This document shows positions 9,884 through 18,845 of a DNA stretch of 64,000 bases, in pieces; positions within the stretch are counted from its first letter, which is position 1, and each line of letters opens with the position of its first letter. Under the pieces are notes generated by a model. The model was not told the origin of the DNA, did no database searches, and was given only the letters and a program-made list of their open reading frames with translations. The translations under genes and the position numbers were made by a program. Source of the DNA: an uncultured Bacteroidales bacterium (GTDB taxonomy: Bacteria > Bacteroidota > Bacteroidia > Bacteroidales > FEN-979); the NCBI GenBank assembly GCA_903913885.1, contig CAIWMX010000009.1, forward strand, positions 1,176-65,175. The letters run 5' to 3'.

Positions 9884-11128
9884 ATGATAAAAAAATCGCA
9901 ACTTATTCTTTCTGTAATCCTTGTAATAGGTGCATTTGCCTGCAGCAAAAATGACAACACAAAATACCGGTCTGCAGCGAGCGGAGAAATCCGCATCGGC
10001 GCCCTGCTCCCGCTGACAGGTAGCGGGTCTTCAACAGGCCGGTCAATGAACATCTCGCTTGGTCTTGCCCGCCAGGATATTCAGAATTATCTCACCTCCG
10101 TCGGGAATCACAACACGATTTCAATGATTGTCGCCGATACAAAGACCGATACAGTGGAAGCGCTGAAACAACTGAAGATCTTTTACGACCAGGGTATCAG
10201 GTTGGTGATCGGGCCATACAGCAGTGCGGAACTATTGTCGCTCAAGAACTTTGCTGATACGCACGGGGTCATATTGGTGAGCCCTTCAAGTGTTGCAGTA
10301 TCATTGGCCATACCCGGGGATAATATCTTTCGCTTTGTTCCCAGCGATGTAATGCAAGGGGAGGCCATGAACAAGATGCTGACCGACGACAAAATCAAAG
10401 TGATCGTGCCTATCATCCGCAACGATGTGTGGGGAAATGATTTGCTGGACGTGGTCAGGAGCAATTTTATCAAAAGCGGGGGAACGGTTCAGCCACCGGT
10501 AAAATATGAACCGGGGACGACTGATTTTTCAGGTTTGCTGCCTCAGCTGGATGCCGTTGTTGCTGGAGAGCTAGACCATCACAATCCCAACGAGATAGCT
10601 GTTTACCTGCTCTCCTTCGCCGAAGGAGCAACAATCCTGAAAAGTGCTAAGAACTATGCCCACCTGAACAATGTTTACTGGTACGGAGGATCCGCTTTTT
10701 CAGGAAATGCAGATGCCATTGCCGACACTGTTGCAGCTCTGTTTGCTTACACGCACGGACTTCCATGCCCGGTGTATGGTCTTGAAGAATCGGCAAAAGA
10801 GCGGTGGCAGCCTTTGCGTGACCGTATACAGGCTGAACTGGGACGTATGCCCGAAGTATATGCATTTACGGCCTATGATGCGCTTTGGGTTGGCGTGTTG
10901 ACATACACGACCGTAGGTTTTTCACCTGATGTGAACCTGCTGAAGTCTGCTTTTACCATGGTTGCCGGAAATTATTTCGGTGCAACGGGCAACACGAAAC
11001 TCGACACCAACGGCGACCGGGCTGTGGGAAACTATGATTTCTGGGCAATCAAGCACGACACCACAGGGTATGCCTGGAAAAGGATAGCAAAATACAACTC
11101 CCTTTCGGGAACCCTCGTGAGGGAGTAA
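9884..11128 (+). CDS. Periplasmic-binding-protein type-1 (LivJ-like) solute-binding lipoprotein
   Basis: Lipoprotein signal (VILVIGAFACSKN), then IRIGALLPLTGSGSSTGRS...LVIGPYSSAE, typical of Leu/Ile/Val-binding-type SBPs. No permease or ATPase gene is adjacent. Confidence 0.6.
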   Translation: MIKKSQLILSVILVIGAFACSKNDNTKYRSAASGEIRIGALLPLTGSGSSTGRSMNISLGLARQDIQNYLTSVGNHNTISMIVADTKTDTVEALKQLKIFYDQGIRLVIGPYSSAELLSLKNFADTHGVILVSPSSVAVSLAIPGDNIFRFVPSDVMQGEAMNKMLTDDKIKVIVPIIRNDVWGNDLLDVVRSNFIKSGGTVQPPVKYEPGTTDFSGLLPQLDAVVAGELDHHNPNEIAVYLLSFAEGATILKSAKNYAHLNNVYWYGGSAFSGNADAIADTVAALFAYTHGLPCPVYGLEESAKERWQPLRDRIQAELGRMPEVYAFTAYDALWVGVLTYTTVGFSPDVNLLKSAFTMVAGNYFGATGNTKLDTNGDRAVGNYDFWAIKHDTTGYAWKRIAKYNSLSGTLVRE

Positions 11129-11151
11129 CACGGGCAACCGGCTATATCCGC

Positions 11152-11640
11152 TCAGAGCTTTTTCACAAAAAAAACTTTGCCGTCGCCCTCTTTGTAAAAA
11201 TCGTCGATATGCGCTACGTTTGAATAGCCAACCCTGTCGTAAAAATGGCGCGTGGGCGTATATTTTTCCAGGGAGGAGGTTTCGGCAATCACGATCCGGC
11301 CGCCCATCTCCCTGATGATCCGGTGGGTTTCTTCAATGATCAGGTTGCCGATGCCCCTGCCGCGGTAATCGTTGTGCGTGGCGATCCAGTAAAGGTCAAA
11401 ACTGCCCTCCGTGCCGTCAATCGAGCCGAAGCAGGTGTACGAAACGGTTTTTCCGTCAAGTTCGGCGAATAGGAAATGATAGTCGCTTTGTACGCCCCGT
11501 TCAACCCGGTCCTCCACGAGTTCAAGGGCCACAGGGATTTCGAAGTCATAAAAAAAACCTGTGGAGACAATAATTTCTCTCACTGTCTCAATATCTGCAG
11601 GTGTGGCTTCCGAACGGAAAGTTAGTCTGGTATTCATCAT
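11152..11640 (-). CDS. GNAT-family N-acetyltransferase (last gene of the kamA operon)
   Basis: 162 aa. GNAT motif A is YRGRGIGNLIIEE. It starts 5 nt downstream of the preceding ATP-grasp gene. Confidence 0.8.
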   Translation of the reverse strand: MMNTRLTFRSEATPADIETVREIIVSTGFFYDFEIPVALELVEDRVERGVQSDYHFLFAELDGKTVSYTCFGSIDGTEGSFDLYWIATHNDYRGRGIGNLIIEETHRIIREMGGRIVIAETSSLEKYTPTRHFYDRVGYSNVAHIDDFYKEGDGKVFFVKKL

Positions 11641-11645
11641 AACTG

Positions 11646-12623
11646 CTATTTTCTTAATGCATCCTCCAGGATGCGTTGAACAACCCGGGGAAAGTCGAGC
11701 CCCTTCTTTTTGGATGCGGCCATAAAACCACCCGATTCGGAGAGGCAGGGGTTCAGGTTGATATCGATCACCAGTGGTTCCGAATCAACGGTGACCCGGA
11801 AATCGATCCTGACATACCCTTTCAGGCCCAGTTCATTCCAACATTTTTTGCAGATTTCGATCATCCGGTTCCGGAGGGGTTCGTCAGCCTTCGATAATTG
11901 AAAGGTACGGCGGGTATGCGAATATTCGAACGAATGTTCATCCCATTTTGACTTGTAACCCATCATTTTAGGCTTCCCTTCAGGATATCCTTTGAAGGTC
12001 ATTTCAGCCAGTGGGAGCACCTCGGGTCCCTTTTCGCTGTACAGGATGGAATTGTTGAACTCCCTTCCTTCGATGTATTCCTCGATAAAATAGTGATCAT
12101 GACTTTTCTTCACGATCTTGTTGATGAATTCCTGGTCAGAACCCATGAAAACACAATCTTCATCCAGTTCCAGCGAACCCTCTTCCCAGATGGGTTTAAT
12201 GATGTATTTTCTGTCGCTCGCCAGTTTACTGCATTCTTTCAAGGTAAACCCTGCCGGCGTGCTCACACCAATCCTGTCAAGCTCCCTTTTTGCAAGCAGT
12301 TTATTGGAACAATGGAACATGGGTATCAGCGGTGAACCGGTATAAGGTATCCTGGTAAAATTCAGGACTGAATTGGCCAGGAAGGTGAACTCGCCCTTGT
12401 TCCCGATGGTTTCGGCCAGGTTGAAGATAATATCGGGTTTTATGGCCTGCAACTGCCTGATGGCAGCTTTCAGGTTAAGATCAATCTGCATGTATTGAAC
12501 GTCATAACCAAGCGTAGTTAACGCTTCGGTCACCAGGTTTACCTGTTCAATCACATCCGCTTCATCATCTTTCGGTTTTTTCGACAGCTTGTTGTAAAAT
12601 ATAAGCACCGTTTTTTTCATCAT
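11646..12623 (-). CDS. ATP-grasp ligase, D-Ala-D-Ala-ligase-like (paralog 2)
   Basis: 326 aa from ATG 12621-12623; the ORF-track start at 12827 overlaps the upstream gene. ATP-grasp blocks: KLLAKRELDRIGVSTP, YIIKPIWEEGS, IEEYIEGREF, YVRIDFRV...VIDINLNP. Confidence 0.75.
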   Translation of the reverse strand: MMKKTVLIFYNKLSKKPKDDEADVIEQVNLVTEALTTLGYDVQYMQIDLNLKAAIRQLQAIKPDIIFNLAETIGNKGEFTFLANSVLNFTRIPYTGSPLIPMFHCSNKLLAKRELDRIGVSTPAGFTLKECSKLASDRKYIIKPIWEEGSLELDEDCVFMGSDQEFINKIVKKSHDHYFIEEYIEGREFNNSILYSEKGPEVLPLAEMTFKGYPEGKPKMMGYKSKWDEHSFEYSHTRRTFQLSKADEPLRNRMIEICKKCWNELGLKGYVRIDFRVTVDSEPLVIDINLNPCLSESGGFMAASKKKGLDFPRVVQRILEDALRK

Positions 12624-12642
12624 CCCGATATTTTCCTGGTCG

Positions 12643-13620
12643 TTAAATTTTAGCCCTTTTTCTTGCAGATTCCATGATTTCACGGATGATCCTTTCAAAA
12701 TCGTACCCGTGCATATACGCGAGGATAGGAAGATCGGAATGAACCTTGTCCAGCCCGGCCAGGGGGTTAACTTCAATAAAATTCGGGATGCCCGACCGGT
12801 CGGCACGGATGTCGACCCTCCCGCCATCCCTGCATCCCAGCACGTGCCAGGTTTTCAAGGCAAGGCTGATGCATTTTTCCGAGATATCATTTTCAGGGAT
12901 TTGATACTCCACTGCTTTCAGGTAGTCAGATTTTGTCTGGTAGGAATAGATGCTGTTGGTTTCTTCCTGCCTGTATAAAATTTCCATGATGCCGACAGGA
13001 TAAGCCTCTTCACCTGTACCCAGGATCCCAACGGTGAATTCCCTGCCGGGCAGGTACTCCTCTACCAGCAGGCCTGACGGGTAGCGGGTCAGCAAATCCC
13101 GGCATACATGCAGCAATTCTTCAGGGTTGGTTACCCTCGACAGGGAATTGATCCCTTTCCCGGTTCCTTCGGCATTCGGCTTGACAAACAGCGGGTAGGG
13201 CAGGTTTACAACGGCGATATCCTGTTCGTTACACACAACAGCAAAATCAGGGGTGGGGATGCCGCAGTCGCGGACTACACGCTTGGTCATGCCTTTGTGC
13301 AAGGTCAGGGAGAGCACCAGAGCATCGGAGAAGGTATATGGCACCTGGTAGGCATCAAGCAAGGCAGGAACCTGCGCTTCGCGGCCAATGCCGAACATTC
13401 CTTCGCAGATGTTGAACACCAGGTCCCATCGGTCTCCGTTAACCAGGCGGGAGGTGAGATGGCGAACGTGGCCGATCCTATCGGTCTGGTAGCCCAGCTG
13501 TTGCAGGGTCAGTTCGATGGCTTCGATGGTACTTTCACGGTCAAATTCCGCTGTTTCCTCTTCGCTGTAGCCTTCCTGCAGGTAATCTGACCGTAAATCG
13601 TACGTTAATCCTATGGTCAT
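12643..13620 (-). CDS. ATP-grasp ligase, D-Ala-D-Ala-ligase-like (paralog 1)
   Basis: 325 aa. Blocks: HKGMTKRVVRDCGIPTP, LFVKPNAEGTGKGI, VEEYLPGREFTVGI, GGRVDIRADRSG.PNFIEVNPLAG. It starts 3 nt after the kamA stop. Confidence 0.75.
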   Translation of the reverse strand: MTIGLTYDLRSDYLQEGYSEEETAEFDRESTIEAIELTLQQLGYQTDRIGHVRHLTSRLVNGDRWDLVFNICEGMFGIGREAQVPALLDAYQVPYTFSDALVLSLTLHKGMTKRVVRDCGIPTPDFAVVCNEQDIAVVNLPYPLFVKPNAEGTGKGINSLSRVTNPEELLHVCRDLLTRYPSGLLVEEYLPGREFTVGILGTGEEAYPVGIMEILYRQEETNSIYSYQTKSDYLKAVEYQIPENDISEKCISLALKTWHVLGCRDGGRVDIRADRSGIPNFIEVNPLAGLDKVHSDLPILAYMHGYDFERIIREIMESARKRAKI

Positions 13621-13623
13621 AAG

Positions 13624-14895
13624 TTATTGGGTAAAATCGGGGTACCTGAAGATTTTATCTTCATAATTCTTTAAAAGGGCGTATCCGTCCTCGCGTCCCA
13701 CAAAGTATTCAGGCAGCAGGGGGATTTTTCCGCCTCCTCCGGGCGCATCCACCACGTAAGTTGGCACTGCGTACCCGCTGGTATGGCCGCGAAGGCCCCT
13801 GATGATCTCAAGGCCTTTTTCAATGGTTGTACGGAAATGCCCGGAACCCACCACGGGATCACATTGGTAGAGGTAATAGGGGCGAACCCTTATTTTAAGC
13901 AATTCATGCATCAGTTTTTTCATCACCTCCACCTCGTCGTTGACGTTTTTCAGCAGCACTGTCTGGCTCCCCAGGGGAATGCCGGCATTGGCAAGCTTTT
14001 CGCATGCTTCTTTCACCTCCGGCGTAATTTCGTCGGCATGGGTGAAGTGGATGCTCATATACAGGGGGTGATATTTCTTCAGCATGTTGACCAGTGGCCG
14101 GGTGATGCGTTGCGGAAGCACGGCAGGCACTTTGGTGCCGATGCGGATGATCTCGACATGGGGAATGCTCCGCAATCGAGAAAGCAGGTATTCAACATGC
14201 AGGTCGGGCATGGTGAGCGGGTCGCCTCCCGAAACCAGGACATCGCGAACCTCGGGATGCTGTTCGATATAATTAAGACCGGCTTCCCACGATTTGATCC
14301 CGATATGGCATTTATCTTTTGCCACCATGCGCGTACGCGTACAGTAGCGGCAATAGGTGGAACAGAAGCCGGTAACCAGGAACAAAACACGGTCGGGATA
14401 ACGGTGAACAATGTTGGGCACCGGACTGTCGTGTTCTTCTGAAAGGGGGTCGGAATTCTCCCCGTCATGCACCAGGAACTCATCAAACACCGGGACGACA
14501 CTCTTTCGCAACGCCTGTTCAGGGTTGTCCTGATCCAACAGGCTTATATAATATGGAGAAATACGAAGGGGAAGCGATTGGCTTTTTGTTTCGAAGGGCT
14601 TGACTTCATTGTCGGAAAGCCGGATAAATCTTGCCAACTGCTCTATTGAACGGGCGCTGTTCCTGATCTGCCAGTGCCAGTTATTCCAGTCTTTGATGGT
14701 GGCTTCAGGAAAGTAAGTCTGCATGAACGCAAGAGAACGTTCACTGATTAAGGTTTTATCACGATCGATCCGTGATTTTAAATATTCGTCTAAAAGGGAG
14801 GCTTCATCTATATAGGTGGACTGACTTGGAGGTTCTTCTTCTTCTGATAATTCGGGATGAGGGATGACCAGTTTCTCTGTTGGATTTTTTTCCAT
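13624..14895 (-). CDS. kamA: Lysine 2,3-aminomutase (KamA-family radical SAM/PLP enzyme)
   Basis: 423 aa. W.WQ.RN N-terminal motif, HRYPDRVLFLVT, radical-SAM CSTYCRYCTR, SGGDPL, RPYYLYQCDPV and VVDAPGGGGK blocks are co-linear with Clostridium LAM. Both Asp residues that bind the lysine epsilon-amine appear retained. Confidence 0.88.
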   Translation of the reverse strand: MEKNPTEKLVIPHPELSEEEEPPSQSTYIDEASLLDEYLKSRIDRDKTLISERSLAFMQTYFPEATIKDWNNWHWQIRNSARSIEQLARFIRLSDNEVKPFETKSQSLPLRISPYYISLLDQDNPEQALRKSVVPVFDEFLVHDGENSDPLSEEHDSPVPNIVHRYPDRVLFLVTGFCSTYCRYCTRTRMVAKDKCHIGIKSWEAGLNYIEQHPEVRDVLVSGGDPLTMPDLHVEYLLSRLRSIPHVEIIRIGTKVPAVLPQRITRPLVNMLKKYHPLYMSIHFTHADEITPEVKEACEKLANAGIPLGSQTVLLKNVNDEVEVMKKLMHELLKIRVRPYYLYQCDPVVGSGHFRTTIEKGLEIIRGLRGHTSGYAVPTYVVDAPGGGGKIPLLPEYFVGREDGYALLKNYEDKIFRYPDFTQ

Positions 14896-15045
14896 TGCTT
14901 TTTTCTCGGTTATGAGGTTAAGATTAATGATGCCCCCTACCAGTATAGTAAATGTTTAAGTGATTATAAATCAATTTATTATATATAGTTGTGAAGATCA
15001 TCATGAACAATTCAATTTCCATTGCAAATAGGCTGCAAATTTATG

Positions 15046-15053
15046 TAATTTTG
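15046..15053 (+). promoter_or_regulatory. Bacteroidota -7 promoter box (TAnnTTTG)
   Basis: TAATTTTG lies 54 nt upstream of the ATG at 15107. Confidence 0.4.
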
Positions 15054-15106
15054 ACTCTTTGAAACGATTATTTTTCAACAAAATTGTGTTAATAATTCGA
15101 TGCTGA

Positions 15107-15877
15107 ATGAGATTATTTTGCAGGCATTTCGGGCAGGGGAAACCGGTGGTGATTTTGCACGGGTTATTTGGTATCTCTGACAACTGGGTATCTTTCGGAC
15201 GACTTCTGGGTGAACACTTTACGGTCTATATTCCCGATCTTCGCAATCACGGCCAGTCGCCTCACAGCGGGGTCTTTGATTTCCCTTCTCTCGAAAATGA
15301 CCTGGCTGAACTGATGGAAGATTATTCATTGCCTGAAATCTTCCTGGTAGGTCATTCACTGGGAGGTAAAACTGCCATGTATTTTGCGCTTCACCATCCT
15401 GAACTTGTGAAAAAACTGGTGATTGTGGATATTTCTTTGCGAAAATCACCGCCCGACCGGGAACATCAGCAACTGCTCAACGCCATGATGGCAGTCGATT
15501 TCAGTGCTGCAAAGTCAAGGTCGGATATTGACCGCCAATTGGGTGTAGTGGTGAAAAGTGTGAAATTAAGGCAATTCCTCCTGAAAAATGTATATTGGCG
15601 CGATCGGAACACCATGGACTGGCGGCTGAACCTGAAAGCAATTAATGAGAATCTGCTGGCGGTGTTTGAAGGGGTGAGCGGTAGGGGCGTTTATCCGGGG
15701 CCGGTTTTGTTCATCAGGGGAGGATTGTCTGATTATATTCATGATTCAGACCTGCCTGAACTGAAATTGAAATTCCCCGGGGCAGAGCTGGAAACCATTG
15801 CAAGTGCTTCGCATTGGGTTCACGCTGATGCTCCCGGGGAATTCTACGGGCTGGTGAAAAATTTCCTTGACCGGTAG
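15107..15877 (+). CDS. Alpha/beta-fold hydrolase (esterase YbfF-like)
   Basis: HGLFG oxyanion region, GHSLGG nucleophile elbow and a C-terminal SHWVHAD catalytic His. Confidence 0.8.
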   Translation: MRLFCRHFGQGKPVVILHGLFGISDNWVSFGRLLGEHFTVYIPDLRNHGQSPHSGVFDFPSLENDLAELMEDYSLPEIFLVGHSLGGKTAMYFALHHPELVKKLVIVDISLRKSPPDREHQQLLNAMMAVDFSAAKSRSDIDRQLGVVVKSVKLRQFLLKNVYWRDRNTMDWRLNLKAINENLLAVFEGVSGRGVYPGPVLFIRGGLSDYIHDSDLPELKLKFPGAELETIASASHWVHADAPGEFYGLVKNFLDR

Positions 15878-16816
15878 TTAATAACGGTTGATCTCTATCT
15901 TTGAAATGGCAGTTTTGATGGTCAGGTAGATTTTATTCTTCCCTGTTGCAAAATTGGCTGTTTGGTAGATGCCGTCGCCTTTTTTGGTAAACCCCTCGAA
16001 CTCCTTGCTGATCATGAAGGATTCAGATTTCACCTGGCAGGCCGATTCTTTAGGGATCTCCACCTTGATCGAGGAGGCTCCGGCGTTGAAGGTCATATAG
16101 GTCACCGGGCTTTTATTGCCGATCTTGATATTGATCGAAGATGCCCCGGCGTCAATGGTGGTTGTATCGATTTTGTAATCGCGCAAATCCATGTTGATCT
16201 CAGCGGCACCTATTTCAAATTTGAGATTCCATGATGGCTTATCGCTCAGTTTTATTTCAACGTCGTTTGTCTTTACCGAATGCCTGATCCCCGATTTCTC
16301 CATCGACAGGTTGATTTTTTTCCTGCCCTCTTCATTGCTGGTGGTCAGCGAGTAATTCCCAATATCTCCTGATTTGCTGAACGACAGGAAGTCGGAAGTC
16401 ACACCTTCCAGGTGGAAATTGCCTGCAGCGGCGTCCAGGTGCAACTCTCCCTTATTTACCAGCGAATCGAAAGGAACGCTCAAATTCTGCGGTTGATAGT
16501 TGTATGTCGCTGTGCTATCTTCGTCGTCATCCCAGTCACGGCTTGAAAATCCTTTGAAGTTGTGAAAACGCATCCAGGATGATTTTTCCGAGATCCTGTT
16601 GAAGAAAATAACAGTGACGGCGAGTACAGCGACCAGTGAAACGATTTTAATTCCATCTTTAATAGGCAGGATTGAAATGCCCCAGAGGATCAGGATGAGC
16701 GGCCAGAGGTTCAGCAGGGTGCGGACGCCAAATTCCAGTACCCCGAAATTGTTGAGCATGAATAAGATCCCGATTGCGATCAGGATGAAGGCCCAAAATA
16801 CATGACGATATTTCAT
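15878..16816 (-). CDS. LiaF-like membrane protein with C-terminal toastrack/DUF4097-like beta domain
   Basis: 312 aa. N-terminal multi-TM region (FWAFILIAIGILFML...LWPLILILWGISILPI) followed by a repetitive beta-strand domain (GAAEINMDL, GASSINIKI, GASSIKVEI). It lies downstream of a PspC gene. Confidence 0.6.
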   Translation of the reverse strand: MKYRHVFWAFILIAIGILFMLNNFGVLEFGVRTLLNLWPLILILWGISILPIKDGIKIVSLVAVLAVTVIFFNRISEKSSWMRFHNFKGFSSRDWDDDEDSTATYNYQPQNLSVPFDSLVNKGELHLDAAAGNFHLEGVTSDFLSFSKSGDIGNYSLTTSNEEGRKKINLSMEKSGIRHSVKTNDVEIKLSDKPSWNLKFEIGAAEINMDLRDYKIDTTTIDAGASSINIKIGNKSPVTYMTFNAGASSIKVEIPKESACQVKSESFMISKEFEGFTKKGDGIYQTANFATGKNKIYLTIKTAISKIEINRY

Positions 16817-16827
16817 TTTCCGGAGTA

Positions 16828-17340
16828 TTAGTATTGGTTAATATTGCGTTTTTTGCCGGTGAGGGCATTGATGAGCAGCCCGACGCCAACGACAATCAAA
16901 ATGACCGGCCAGAGGTCACCGAAATTGACCTGGGGTATCAGTTCATCAGCAAGGAACAAGGCTCCAAGGGTGATCAGCACCAGGCCCCCGATCAGACTTC
17001 CCCTTTTCCGTTCTTTGGTTTGCGGGACCGGGGGAGGTGGCGCTGTAGAAAAAGTAAAGTCGGTTTTTTCAGATCCGTCGGGGTTAACTGATGGTTCTGA
17101 TGCCTGCTGTTGCGAATCCTGTTTTGGCTGGTTCATAGCCGGCTGAACCCTTACCGGGTTTTCGGGCGTGACGATCCAGAGGACGACATATATAAGTACC
17201 CCGCCGCCACCGGCCAGGGCAAGAATAACAAATGCCAGGCGAAGGAGCAGGGGATCCATCAAGAAGTACTCGCCCAGTCCACCGGCAACACCGGCGAACT
17301 TGCGATCAGTGAGACTGCGATAAAGACGTTTAGATTCCAT
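16828..17340 (-). CDS. PspC-domain membrane protein
   Basis: MESKRLYRSLTDRKFAGVAGGLGEYFLMDPLLLRLAFVILALAGGGGVLIYVVLWIVTPE is the PspC domain. Start trimmed to ATG 17338-17340. Confidence 0.8.
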   Translation of the reverse strand: MESKRLYRSLTDRKFAGVAGGLGEYFLMDPLLLRLAFVILALAGGGGVLIYVVLWIVTPENPVRVQPAMNQPKQDSQQQASEPSVNPDGSEKTDFTFSTAPPPPVPQTKERKRGSLIGGLVLITLGALFLADELIPQVNFGDLWPVILIVVGVGLLINALTGKKRNINQY

Positions 17341-17411
17341 GAGATTGGTGTTTTGGTGATTTCGTGAGTTAGACGGCGCCTCCCCGAAAAGGTTACAAGC
17401 CACGCAAATCG

Positions 17412-18248
17412 TTATTCCACTATGAGTTCCTGTTTTTTCCGGTAGATACGGGCCGACATGGCAAGGCTCAGCTCAAACAGTGCGTAGAGGGGAACTGCCA
17501 CGATGACCTGGCTGAATATATCCGGGCTCGGGGTGATTACGCCTGCAACGATCAGAATGCCTACGATCGTGTGTTTCCGGTATTTCCGGAGATGTTTCGG
17601 CGTAATGATCCCTATTTTAGTTAGAAATAGGATGAGCATGGGCAGCTCGAACAGCAGGCCCATGAGCAGGGTCATCATGGTGATTGAACTGACATATGAT
17701 GTGAGGGCAATCTGGTTTATTACTGCATCGCTTACCGTGTATCCTCCCAGGAAGTTGATCATCAGCGGGGCTGCTACAAAATAACTGAAGCAAACGCCGG
17801 TAAGGAATAACAGGGTGACGATTGCAACGATTCCGCGTGAATTCCTGATCTCCCTGTCTGACAGCCCCGGCTTGATAAACCGCCATAACTCCCAAAGCGC
17901 ATAGGGCAGGGCGACGATCAGCCCGACGATCATGGAGATGTTCATGTGCGCGGTAAATTGCCCGGCCAGGCTGATGTTGATAAGCTGAAAATGCGATGGA
18001 TCAACGCACAGCGATGGCATGGAAAGCCATTCTCCAAGTTTGCAGAATGCGCGGTAGGTTATAAATGTTTTCGACTTCGGAGCAAGAATGATATCGTCGA
18101 ACAGCACCTCTTTGAATGCAAAGGCCGCGATCGATGTTACCAGGATGGCGATGACGATACGCCATAATGCACCCCGTAATTCGTCAAGATGCTCCCAGAA
18201 GGTCATCTCCCTGCCTTCGTGCTGTTCCGTGATATCTGTTTCCTTCAT
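17412..18248 (-). CDS. tatC: Twin-arginine translocase subunit TatC
   Basis: MTFWEHLDELRGALWRIV..., six TM segments, and ELPMLILFLTKIGIITP...R.... is typical of TatC. Confidence 0.9.
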   Translation of the reverse strand: MKETDITEQHEGREMTFWEHLDELRGALWRIVIAILVTSIAAFAFKEVLFDDIILAPKSKTFITYRAFCKLGEWLSMPSLCVDPSHFQLINISLAGQFTAHMNISMIVGLIVALPYALWELWRFIKPGLSDREIRNSRGIVAIVTLLFLTGVCFSYFVAAPLMINFLGGYTVSDAVINQIALTSYVSSITMMTLLMGLLFELPMLILFLTKIGIITPKHLRKYRKHTIVGILIVAGVITPSPDIFSQVIVAVPLYALFELSLAMSARIYRKKQELIVE

Positions 18249-18324
18249 CCCGTTTCATTTATAAGGAGCAAAGGTAGAGATAAAAATTTTTCATTATATA
18301 GTTTAACCAACGGATTTAATTACG

Positions 18325-18332
18325 TACATTTG
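18325..18332 (+). promoter_or_regulatory. Bacteroidota -7 promoter box (TAnnTTTG)
   Basis: TACATTTG lies 17 nt upstream of the ATG at 18349. Confidence 0.4.
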
Positions 18333-18348
18333 AATAAATAAATATACT

Positions 18349-18591
18349 ATGGCTGAACGAGAAATCATCCTTGAACAGATGCTCAAGGTACTGAAGGATA
18401 TTGAAACCAATACCTGCGACAAGCAATTCATCCCTGATACCAATATGCTTGAAAAGAAGGTTGACCATTTAATCGAGCTTCACGAAAAGGAGATCGAGTT
18501 GCTGAAGACACTTACCAGGGACAGGTGCACTTGCAAGAAAAGCAAGGAAAAGAAGGAGAAGAAGGAGAAGAAAGAAAAAAAATCAAAGTAG
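18349..18591 (+). CDS. Small hypothetical coiled-coil protein with Lys/Glu-repeat tail
   Basis: 80 aa. Helical heptad-like N-terminus and a C-terminal CTCKKSKEKKEKKEKKEKKSK tail encoded by an (AAGAAGGAG)-type DNA repeat. Confidence 0.5.
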   Translation: MAEREIILEQMLKVLKDIETNTCDKQFIPDTNMLEKKVDHLIELHEKEIELLKTLTRDRCTCKKSKEKKEKKEKKEKKSK

Positions 18592-18753
18592 ACTAACCCT
18601 GTTCTCTTATTCTGCCTGGTAATGCATTAATATGGAAATGCAAAGCATTGTTCATGTTGATGCATTTTTTATATAGGTAGCAGCAGAACCGGGCGACAAA
18701 AACTTCCTGTCCGGATATTTCTTCAATCAGGCTCAACCTAAAATAATATTATC

Positions 18754-18761
18754 TAATTTTG
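18754..18761 (+). promoter_or_regulatory. Bacteroidota -7 promoter box (TAnnTTTG)
   Basis: TAATTTTG lies 85 nt upstream of the ATG at 18846. Confidence 0.35.
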
Positions 18762-18845
18762 AACAAGAATTTTTAAGGTATGCGATCACGTACTTTTTGA
18801 ATTAATTTCCCCATTTTTAATCCATTAAGAAAAACCGACCACACA

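Noticed and set aside
9884-11128. Orphan LivJ-like solute-binding lipoprotein as part of a transport system with the kamA operon.
   Set aside because: It is on the opposite strand, convergent with the GNAT gene. No permease or ATPase genes are present, so no functional link can be supported from sequence alone.
13624-14895. Alternative identities for the KamA homolog: EF-P modification enzyme EpmB, glutamate 2,3-aminomutase, or part of lysine fermentation.
   Set aside because: As I recall, EpmB/YjeK proteins are about 340 aa, against 423 aa here, and no EpmA-like gene is adjacent. Both Asp residues associated with lysine epsilon-amine binding are retained, which argues against glutamate specificity. 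No kamDE, kdd, kce or kal genes are nearby. These rejections are provisional without a phylogeny.
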